From: a virus
Length of the DNA stretch: 34,864 nt
Direction: 5' to 3' (one strand)
IMG/VR virus record: IMGVR_UViG_3300045988_013397
Coordinates: 1 to 34,864 of that record
Every line of letters begins with the position of its first letter. Within the stretch, counting starts at the first letter, position 1. Under the pieces are notes generated by a model. The model searched no databases. It had not been told where the DNA came from and saw nothing but the letters and a program-made list of their open reading frames with translations. Shown here in pieces: positions 1 to 5,793 of the stretch. The translations under genes and the position numbers were made by a program.

Positions 1-85
1 CCTAAATTTTTATCAAGCTTTACCACGCTTTATTCAAGTTTATCAACGGTTTTCAGCACGTTATCGAGGGTTTTTCCAAAAAAAC
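1..85. repeat. Terminal direct repeat, left copy (identical to 34780-34864): circular-assembly overlap or terminal redundancy
   Basis: All 85 bases (cctaaatttttatcaagc...ttccaaaaaaac) read identically at 34780-34864. Unique genome length is 34,779 bp. Confidence 0.9.
10..67. promoter_or_regulatory. Array of four helically phased TTATCAA-like repeats in the HNH / ParB-methylase intergenic region (candidate terminase or ParB-domain binding sites)
   Basis: TTATCAA at 10-16 and 40-46, TTATTCAA at 30-37, TTATCGA at 61-67. Spacings are 20, 10 and 21 bp. Two longer related units lie at 9-28 (TTTATCAAGCTTTACCACGC) and 39-60 (TTTATCAACGGTTTTCAGCACG). Confidence 0.4.
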
Positions 86-172
86 AACGTAAAACAGATA
101 TTTTGTACTCAGAGGTGGCGTGGTGGTGTTGGTCGGGTCGAGTTTAATTGGTGGTCTGACCCGGGGGGGATG

Positions 173-541
173 TTAGTTTTTGGTGTGTCGTTTTTGCGCG
201 AGTTGCTTGAGGTAGGTTGGGTCTATCTCTCCGTTGTCTGCCTGCTTGTGATGTGGGATGCATAGGCAGATGAGGTTATCATCGTCGGTTAGCAGGTCTG
301 GATTCGTGTTGAGCTTGACTATATGGTGTACTTCCAGTCCCTTGGTGGTGATGATGCCTTTAGCCTTGCACACCTCGCACATGTAGTGCGCATCCTGCCT
401 GACCTGTTCGCGTTTGCGTTGCCACCGATACGTGTTGCGTAGCTTGTCTATGTCGGTCTTACGGTAGTGTCTTGCTGGTCTGTTCGGACATGTGGCGTTG
501 ATGTCGTGCATCCTGCCGCAGTATCCACATGCTTTAAGCAT
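173..541 (-). CDS. HNH endonuclease, terminase/cos-associated type
   Basis: Track ORF 173-571 trimmed to the ATG at 541, which has AAGGAGGTGA 8 nt upstream. Contains CGYCG and CEVC cysteine pairs plus EVHHIVKLN ... CIPHHKQ (HNH motif). Lies upstream of the packaging genes, as in cos phages. Confidence 0.85.
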   Translation of the reverse strand: MLKACGYCGRMHDINATCPNRPARHYRKTDIDKLRNTYRWQRKREQVRQDAHYMCEVCKAKGIITTKGLEVHHIVKLNTNPDLLTDDDNLICLCIPHHKQADNGEIDPTYLKQLAQKRHTKN

Positions 542-948
542 TCCAGTCACCTCCTTGTCTATCACTATCATAGTGTGTTTCTTGAGGGAGTGAGTGAGCT
601 TGGTGGAGAGAGTAAGCCTTAAGAGCTACAGGCAAATTGCTTGTAGGTTAAGGCTTATTGACGGTTTCCGTCGGTCGGTCGTTCGCCAGGCTTCGGTCAT
701 AAGAGTGTTGCATTGCTAACACTGGTGCGGCATACCCCAGCAGGTCGCATTTACATCTTTGATGTGATGGTGTCGGCACCCCGGTTATTCCACCATCGCC
801 TGTTGGGTCGGTTGGACTAGCACCTCTAACGTGTGTATCGGTGAGTGTTAGTCACCGTCCCGTTGACCGAGCTTGGGATATTGCTAGGGAGTTTTCATGC
901 CTCCGCATCCAGTATGTGTGATATACTGGCTTTGTTTGTTACGTATAA

Positions 949-990
949 CCCCATCATAGCACATTGTGTTGTGATGGGGCTTTTTCTTGT
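949..990 (+). terminator. Intrinsic-terminator-like hairpin oriented on the plus strand, convergent with the holin gene
   Basis: 13-bp stem 949-961 / 967-979 with a 5-nt loop, followed by TTTTTCTTGTTT on the plus strand. Two stem pairs are G-U and become A-C mismatches in minus-strand RNA, where only the 8-bp core CCCCATCA/TGATGGGG pairs and no U-tract follows. Confidence 0.5.
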
Positions 991-1000
991 TTCGACGTAT

Positions 1001-1228
1001 CTACTTTGCCGTGTCTTCGGTTTTGGCTGTTGCGTGGCTAATACCTATGAGCGATCCGATTAGAACGCCGATGGCGTTGAGTGTTGTCACGATTGCGTCG
1101 GTATCATGCCAGCCCCAGACTGCGCCGATCACGCCGATGAAGGTGGCGATTGCCGGAAAGGCTATCAGTCCAGCCCACTTCAAGATCTCGTATGCTCTGT
1201 TGTTGAGCAGGTATGTTTTGTTATCCAT
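1001..1228 (-). CDS. Holin (LL-H / phi-LC3-like, two TM segments)
   Basis: 75 aa. N-terminal YEILKWAGLIAFPAIATFIGVIGAVWGW and a second hydrophobic helix AIGVLIGSLIGI with a charged C-terminus, typical of this holin family. RBS GAGGAGAA. Confidence 0.8.
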   Translation of the reverse strand: MDNKTYLLNNRAYEILKWAGLIAFPAIATFIGVIGAVWGWHDTDAIVTTLNAIGVLIGSLIGISHATAKTEDTAK

Positions 1229-1244
1229 TGTTTTCTCCTCGCTT

Positions 1245-1319
1245 TCAATGTTTGTTGAGTATTGTGATGATGGTCAGTGTCAAGCAGATGATTGTCGTGA
1301 TTGTGATCGCGGTATTCAT
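1245..1319 (-). CDS. 24-aa hydrophobic peptide ORF just upstream of the holin (tentative)
   Basis: MNTAITITTIICLTLTIITILNKH. AAAGGA lies 6 nt upstream of the ATG. Stop is 16 nt before the holin start. Below the ORF-track size cutoff. Confidence 0.35.
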   Translation of the reverse strand: MNTAITITTIICLTLTIITILNKH

Positions 1320-1345
1320 GGTTTATCCTTTCTGTTGGTTCTATT

Positions 1346-1720
1346 CTAGTCTGATAGATGCACTACGGCTTTGCGCTGTGCAACATCCATGTTGGCTTGG
1401 GCTTCATGCACTTTATCCCGCGCCGCCTCAACATTTCCGTTGAGTTTGCCGTGCTGCAAGGCGATTAAACAGATTTCGTTTGCCGCTAGGCTCGCGTCTA
1501 TGCCTTTGAGCATGGCCTCATAAAGGTATTGTCGCTCGTTGTGTTGTTGGTCTCTTTTCGCGTCGATTATCGCCTGTTGTGCGCGGTATTGTGCCTCCTG
1601 CTGGTCGCGTTGTTTCATCCGATTGTTGCCCACGCAGGTGATGATCGCGACAAAGATACTGGACACCGCCGCGCAACCGCTCGTGACTATTGCGACGATT
1701 ACTTCCGTGCTTAGCATCAT
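1346..1720 (-). CDS. Membrane-anchored coiled-coil protein (lysis-cluster associated, function unknown)
   Basis: Track ORF 1346-1864 trimmed to the tandem ATG ATG at 1720/1717 after GAAGGGGA. One N-terminal TM helix (VIVAIVTSGCAAVSSIFVAIITCV), then Q/R/A-rich helical sequence. Confidence 0.65.
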   Translation of the reverse strand: MMLSTEVIVAIVTSGCAAVSSIFVAIITCVGNNRMKQRDQQEAQYRAQQAIIDAKRDQQHNERQYLYEAMLKGIDASLAANEICLIALQHGKLNGNVEAARDKVHEAQANMDVAQRKAVVHLSD

Positions 1721-1844
1721 TCCCCTTCTAATCCTCGTTTTTCTATTGTGATTATAACGTGGCTGGAGTGGGATTTGCGGGAATTCGTGTGCTATTATGG
1801 GTACGTACTCATTTTTGAGTATTCCTTTCGATTGGTTGGTTGAT

Positions 1845-1868
1845 GGGCATGGCTTAACGGTCATGCCC
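1845..1868. terminator. GC-rich hairpin just downstream of the HNH gene at 1876 (orientation ambiguous)
   Basis: GGGCATG (1845-1851) pairs with CATGCCC (1862-1868) around a 10-nt loop. The T-rich run TTTCCTTTT is on the plus-strand side. The same stem sequence recurs at 25122-25150. Confidence 0.3.
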
Positions 1869-1875
1869 TTTCCTT

Positions 1876-2238
1876 TTACTCTTGGCCGGTTTCAGGCTCT
1901 GGAATAGTCATAGCTCCCCCATCGTCCCAAAGAAAACATTTCCCCCATTTCGAGTGCTCTACCGGTATCTTGCGTGGATCATCGTAGCTGTGGACTAAGT
2001 ACCCGTGTCCGTAGGCTTCAGCTGGATGCATGTGTATCCATCTATGGCAGTCTTCACACACGTCGATGATATTTGATGCAGTGTGTTTCTCGGCTTTAGT
2101 CGCTTGCGAGCGTAGTTTCCTGTGGTGTCGCGCACCATAGACGGTGTAAAGCGATTTTCCGCATCTTACGCAGCTTCTGCCGTCTCGTTGATCTACGATT
2201 TCGCATGTTTCGCTACTTGGCTGGTCTAGCTTTCTCAT
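1876..2238 (-). CDS. HNH-family nuclease / zinc-finger protein
   Basis: RDGRSCVRCG ... HHRKLRS ... NIIDVCEDCHRWIH is an HNH-type CxxC/H-N-H arrangement. ATGA overlap with the upstream gene. Confidence 0.7.
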   Translation of the reverse strand: MRKLDQPSSETCEIVDQRDGRSCVRCGKSLYTVYGARHHRKLRSQATKAEKHTASNIIDVCEDCHRWIHMHPAEAYGHGYLVHSYDDPRKIPVEHSKWGKCFLWDDGGAMTIPEPETGQE

Positions 2239-2414
2239 TGGTTCCCCCGCTTGATATCGTCTCGAATCAGCGCCTTGATGAAGCCTTGCTTGTTGTCCAC
2301 TGTTTCGAGTTTGCGGATGATGTCAGCGTCGTTTTCCTTGTGAAGTTCGAGATGGTACTGTTTTGAAGCTCTTTTGTGGTAGGCGTTCGCTGCTTTGGTG
2401 CGTCTGGTGCCCAT
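2235..2414 (-). CDS. Small basic protein, possibly ribbon-helix-helix-like DNA binding (tentative)
   Basis: Track ORF 2235-2462 trimmed to the ATG at 2414 behind GGGAGGTAAAA. 59 aa, MGTRRTKAANAYHKRASKQYHLELHKENDADIIRKLE... Confidence 0.55.
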   Translation of the reverse strand: MGTRRTKAANAYHKRASKQYHLELHKENDADIIRKLETVDNKQGFIKALIRDDIKRGNQ

Positions 2415-2477
2415 TTTTACCTCCCTAAGTAGCTGATCAGGATCGTCAAGGCGATCAGGCAAACTGCGATCATTGTC

Positions 2478-2621
2478 TCAAGCATTGCTGTCCTTTTCGT
2501 ATTGTCTGATGAGCATTTCGATTTCCATGCGTGGGACTTGTGGCACCAGTGGCGCGATCTCGTCCACACTGTAGCCTCGCTCATGCCATTTAATGATCAT
2601 TTCGGATAGCACCTTTTTCAT
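2478..2621 (-). CDS. 47-aa hypothetical protein with HTH-like segment
   Basis: ATG at 2621 behind GGGAGGAA. MKKVLSEMIIKWHERGYSVDEIAPLVPQVPRMEIEMLIRQYEKDSNA. Below the ORF-track cutoff. Confidence 0.5.
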   Translation of the reverse strand: MKKVLSEMIIKWHERGYSVDEIAPLVPQVPRMEIEMLIRQYEKDSNA

Positions 2622-2630
2622 GGTTCCTCC

Positions 2631-3320
2631 CTAGAATAGCGGAATGTTGTCCGGGTCATAGCATACGCGGTTGACTCGTTCTTTGAATTCTGCAGTGGGG
2701 TTATGCCGCACTGGTGGCGTGTCCGCTTTGACGTGATTCCAGAATTCGTCCACAGCGTCCTCGATCATCTCGATCAGCAGTTCGTCACGTTCGACGGAGC
2801 GTTCGATAATCCGGCTATTGCCGATCATGGCGATTAGTTGCGCTTGCCGGCATCCGCTCACCGCCATGTAGTGCATGACTTGGCAGACGTATGATATCGG
2901 CACTGTATCCGGCTCCCAGCATTTGGCGCTAGGTAAGCCTACCGTCTTTATTTCCAGCACTTCCTTCCTGCCGTCCTCGTAGGTCAGCACTCCGTCTAGT
3001 GAGGCTTGCCGCCACGGGTGTCTATCATCCTGAAGCATGTATTGTGGTTCCTCCACCTTCACGTCAGGGTGCCGATAGGCGTACTCTTTGCGTAGTGCAG
3101 ACTCCACGCAATTGCCGAGGATTACAGCCGGCTTGTGACTGATGTCTTCAGGCTTGACGCGCCCGGTCTTCTCACGCCATAATTGGCTGATGGTCTTCCA
3201 GTGATTGACTCCAATGATTACGCCCACGTCTGACCCGCCGACGCCCTTATCACGCTGTGCGTGCCATGCCTTGCTGATTTCCTCCGGCGTGCCGGTAAAT
3301 CGGATTTCCTTGGCGCTCAT
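2631..3320 (-). CDS. YqaJ-like (lambda Exo-type, PD-(D/E)XK) recombination exonuclease
   Basis: GGSDVGVIIG, LDGV, LEIKT and QVMHYMAVSG motifs in the order typical of YqaJ viral recombinases. 229 aa. Confidence 0.85.
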   Translation of the reverse strand: MSAKEIRFTGTPEEISKAWHAQRDKGVGGSDVGVIIGVNHWKTISQLWREKTGRVKPEDISHKPAVILGNCVESALRKEYAYRHPDVKVEEPQYMLQDDRHPWRQASLDGVLTYEDGRKEVLEIKTVGLPSAKCWEPDTVPISYVCQVMHYMAVSGCRQAQLIAMIGNSRIIERSVERDELLIEMIEDAVDEFWNHVKADTPPVRHNPTAEFKERVNRVCYDPDNIPLF

Positions 3321-3589
3321 TTCGTGTCCTCGCTTTGCTTGGTGGTTTCATCTTCAAATGGGGTTGCCAGCCTCACATGGCTATTCATGATCGCGATGCG
3401 ACCCGGATTTTCAAACCACGTAAGGCCTCCTGCGTAATACTCGCATCCGCTAGACGCGTGTCCGTAAGCAAGCCCATAGATCCCGTCACAGCGTTCTTTC
3501 CACCCGCTTTTCAGGTAATATGTTTCACCGTCATCAAGTTCCACGCGCAGACACATGTCATGCGGGAGGAGTTCTAACACACCGATCAT
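3317..3589 (-). CDS. Hypothetical protein
   Basis: Track ORF trimmed to the ATG at 3589 behind GAGGGAGGA. ATGA overlaps at both ends. C-terminus is ...QSEDTK. Confidence 0.6.
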   Translation of the reverse strand: MIGVLELLPHDMCLRVELDDGETYYLKSGWKERCDGIYGLAYGHASSGCEYYAGGLTWFENPGRIAIMNSHVRLATPFEDETTKQSEDTK

Positions 3590-3807
3590 TTCGTGTCCTC
3601 CCTCTTGTATTCGTCTACTAGTTGTTTCCACTTTCTGCTTGCGTCATCAGGGTAGCTGTACCAGCATGTAGAGATGTGTTTTCGGGGGCATTGTAGACGG
3701 TATATCGATTGGAGGTAAACACCGGCCCGTGTAACGCCCTTAATGATTTTGGGTAGCCTGCCGCACATGGGACATCCGTATTCGTTGTGTTTGCGTTTGA
3801 ACCACAT
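3586..3807 (-). CDS. Small zinc-ribbon protein, Lar-like restriction-alleviation candidate
   Basis: 73 aa with CPMCG ... CPRKH ... C spacing and a C-terminal ASRKWKQLV, resembling Lar-family proteins (CPFCGG ... C..C ... A...WN). By-eye similarity only. Confidence 0.45.
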   Translation of the reverse strand: MWFKRKHNEYGCPMCGRLPKIIKGVTRAGVYLQSIYRLQCPRKHISTCWYSYPDDASRKWKQLVDEYKREDTK

Positions 3808-3809
3808 GA

Positions 3810-4061
3810 TTATTCCTTCGTGTCCTCGCTTTGATTCGGCACATCGGACGGCATGGAGCCGCTGTGTCCGAGCATGGAACGGCAGTGGTCGGCTGTCTTT
3901 TTGTATGCGTTGATTTGTCCCTTCACGACACCGTATGCGTCTATTTCATGCTGCATCAGAAGAGCGTCCGCTAATCTCAGTCCTTCCACTTCTAGCTGTT
4001 CGCACCAGTCGATGACTTCTTGCAGGGTCTTGTCCTTTTCGGTGACGTTAGTCGCCATCAT
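3810..4061 (-). CDS. Hypothetical protein
   Basis: 83 aa. ATG ATG start behind AGAAAGGAAAGA. C-terminus is ...QSEDTKE. Confidence 0.6.
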   Translation of the reverse strand: MMATNVTEKDKTLQEVIDWCEQLEVEGLRLADALLMQHEIDAYGVVKGQINAYKKTADHCRSMLGHSGSMPSDVPNQSEDTKE

Positions 4062-4233
4062 TCTTTCCTTTCTGCGTGTACCACCATTTGATGATTTCTT
4101 CTTGTCGTGGCGTGGTCATAGGCAGCCCATAGTCTTCGGCTATGGCTTTGCCCCATGCTGAGCCGACGTGGGGATTGCCTAGGCTTCGATCGCTTCGGCA
4201 AGCCCCACAAGGTCGATATCCTGCTCGATCATT

Positions 4234-4434
4234 TCACATTCTGCTGTCTGCCATGATGCACATCAGGTCAAGCACTGGGATGTCATCGTAGCTGGTGAGG
4301 TTGAGGTCAACGGCGGTGTCGGCTAGGGATTCACAGGCCGTGTTTTGGTCGAATTGCTCCCAGATGCCGGGCACGCCAGCGTAGTGGTTCTCAAGCCATT
4401 CGTAGGCTGTGTCGTAGTTGATGTCGTCGTTCAT
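4234..4434 (-). CDS. Very acidic 66-aa protein (net charge about -13), first gene after promoter-like element A
   Basis: Track ORF 4234-4566 trimmed to the ATG at 4434 behind AAAGGAA. 14 D/E versus 1 R. Confidence 0.6.
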   Translation of the reverse strand: MNDDINYDTAYEWLENHYAGVPGIWEQFDQNTACESLADTAVDLNLTSYDDIPVLDLMCIMADSRM

Positions 4435-4452
4435 TTCTGGTTCCTTTCTCGT

Positions 4453-4508
4453 GTGTTTCCTTGTTTGTAACTCTGACTGTACACCTATATTAAGGCGACA
4501 TGCCGAAG
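4453..4508 (-). promoter_or_regulatory. Promoter-like conserved element A (paralog of 6302-6359)
   Basis: Minus-strand CTTCGGCATGTC-N9-TAGGTGTACAGT-N5-TTACAAACAAGGAAACAC aligns at roughly 75% with element B. TACAGT is the candidate -10; there is no TTGACA-like -35. Confidence 0.45.
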
Positions 4509-4513
4509 AATCG

Positions 4514-4690
4514 TCAAACACGACACCTTGATTCATACTCTTCGACACCACGCACATACTCCACACTCATGCCGACGATCTCAGCGACAGTCTCAGCCGG
4601 ACATCCAAGGTCGAGATAATGCACGGTAAGCCGGTATGTCCTCGACTTCGTATCGTGCGTCGTTTCACGTATCTCATGCTTCCTTGCCAT
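4514..4690 (-). CDS. Small HTH DNA-binding protein
   Basis: Track ORF trimmed to the ATG at 4690 (TAAAATG junction with the upstream gene). Contains the HTH-like segment GCPAETVAEIVGMSVEYVRGV. Confidence 0.55.
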   Translation of the reverse strand: MARKHEIRETTHDTKSRTYRLTVHYLDLGCPAETVAEIVGMSVEYVRGVEEYESRCRV

Positions 4691-4691
4691 T

Positions 4692-5066
4692 TTATTCCTT
4701 CGCGAAATAGATTTCGGTCTCATACTCGGCTCCCCTAGCCAGTCGCGCCGGGATATTGCCGATGTACATTTCCTTTGCTTTGGTCAGCCAGCATCGTTCG
4801 CGCTTTCCGTCTACCTTCGCCCAGACAATGCAGCCTTCCGAGAGGAAAAGCCGCGCTTCCTCCGGATCAAGCTTGACGATCATTGGCTTCGGTTTCCGAA
4901 GTTCTGCGATTTCACTCGCCATCTCGCTCATGATCAGGCTGGACATGCGCTTATCGTCCTTCGAGCGGGCGATTTCGCGTTTTCGTGCTTCGTCGCGTCG
5001 TTTCCAGTGGCTTCGGGTTCCTGTCTGTGTGTGTGCTGTGGTCACGCCTCTGAAATTCGCTTTCAT
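4692..5066 (-). CDS. Hypothetical protein
   Basis: 124-aa ORF. RBS AAAGGAGAAACC upstream of the ATG at 5066. Confidence 0.6.
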   Translation of the reverse strand: MKANFRGVTTAHTQTGTRSHWKRRDEARKREIARSKDDKRMSSLIMSEMASEIAELRKPKPMIVKLDPEEARLFLSEGCIVWAKVDGKRERCWLTKAKEMYIGNIPARLARGAEYETEIYFAKE

Positions 5067-5096
5067 GGTTTCTCCTTTAATGGGGGGTGGGAAGTC

Positions 5097-5321
5097 TTAG
5101 TCGCGTGGAGCGAACCTCACGATCAGCCACAATGCGGTGGCGATGTACACGCCTTCCACCATGAGCGCGGCGGTGGTGCTGCCGCCATGCCATGTGAGCA
5201 TGAGTGTGGATGTGACGATGAGGGCGACCACCGCGAGGGCGAATTTGATGCGGCGGAGCGTGTAGTTCGGTTTTCGCGTCTTCTCCCGCTGGTCTTCGAG
5301 CCAGTAGTCGTGGTCGGTCAT
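5097..5321 (-). CDS. Small membrane protein (two TM helices)
   Basis: ATG at 5321 behind GGAGGCAACCAA; the alternative ATG at 5345 makes an ATGA overlap with the upstream gene. Hydrophobic segments IKFALAVVALIVTSTLMLTW and VYIATALWLIV. Confidence 0.6.
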   Translation of the reverse strand: MTDHDYWLEDQREKTRKPNYTLRRIKFALAVVALIVTSTLMLTWHGGSTTAALMVEGVYIATALWLIVRFAPRD

Positions 5322-5341
5322 TTGGTTGCCTCCAGTCCTTT

Positions 5342-5554
5342 TCATCTTGTGTTTCCTGTCATTTCGTTGAGCGCGTATGCGATGCCTTCGATTTCCGCTG
5401 GCGTGAAGTCCGCGAGGGTGACGTCTTGGATGCCGTCAACGAGACTGGCGCTGCCGTCCTCATGGAGGCGCACGTAGAAGCCGCTTGATGCGAGCAGCAG
5501 ACATCCGGCCTCGTGGAGTGTCGGCGGTGCTGGCGGATTGAGTGTCGGGTTCAT
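5342..5554 (-). CDS. Hypothetical protein
   Basis: 70-aa ORF. ATGA overlap with the upstream gene; RBS AAGGAGAAAACAA. Confidence 0.55.
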   Translation of the reverse strand: MNPTLNPPAPPTLHEAGCLLLASSGFYVRLHEDGSASLVDGIQDVTLADFTPAEIEGIAYALNEMTGNTR

Positions 5555-5793
5555 TTGTTTTCTCCTTTCTTGGTGTTGACTTCGATGACATAGACGCGAT
5601 GATAACCAACTGGGATATCGTATGCGTCCATGTCGATATACAAGCGTGGCGTTGGTCGTATTTCGCCTTTTTCATCATCGTAGAATGACGCTCCAACGAT
5701 CTCGCCGGTAAAAGAACGGATTGGCTCATCGCCGAAAACCTGCATGTAGCTGGCAAGATTATTCAATTTTTTCTGGGTATCCGTCTTTCTCAT
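5551..5793 (-). CDS. Hypothetical protein
   Basis: Track ORF trimmed to the ATG at 5793 behind AAGGAGAAAACAA. ATGA overlap with the upstream gene. Confidence 0.55.
   Translation of the reverse strand: MRKTDTQKKLNNLASYMQVFGDEPIRSFTGEIVGASFYDDEKGEIRPTPRLYIDMDAYDIPVGYHRVYVIEVNTKKGENK

Noticed and set aside
1-85. Reading the terminal repeat as a transposon or LTR-type mobile-element end
   Set aside because: The two copies are the two ends of the window itself and join seamlessly into one intergenic region. This is consistent with circularisation overlap, not element boundaries.
542-1000. tRNA gene or HEARO/omega-type RNA associated with the HNH gene
   Set aside because: No cloverleaf or T-loop (GGTTCGAATCC-like) sequence was seen. 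The adjacent HNH protein is a 122-aa stand-alone nuclease, not an IscB-size effector.
2420-2473. 18-aa hydrophobic mini-ORF (MIAVCLIALTILISYLGR) between the 47-aa and 59-aa genes
   Set aside because: It is very short, has no RBS, and its end is formed by the RBS of the next gene. It is probably fortuitous.
4234-4236. Genome-wide TGA reassignment (code 4/25) as an explanation for the open frame after the TGA
   Set aside because: TGA terminates many well-supported genes here, including the ParB-methylase, the MetK-like gene, the DnaC-like gene and several ATGA-coupled small genes, with the next gene starting immediately.
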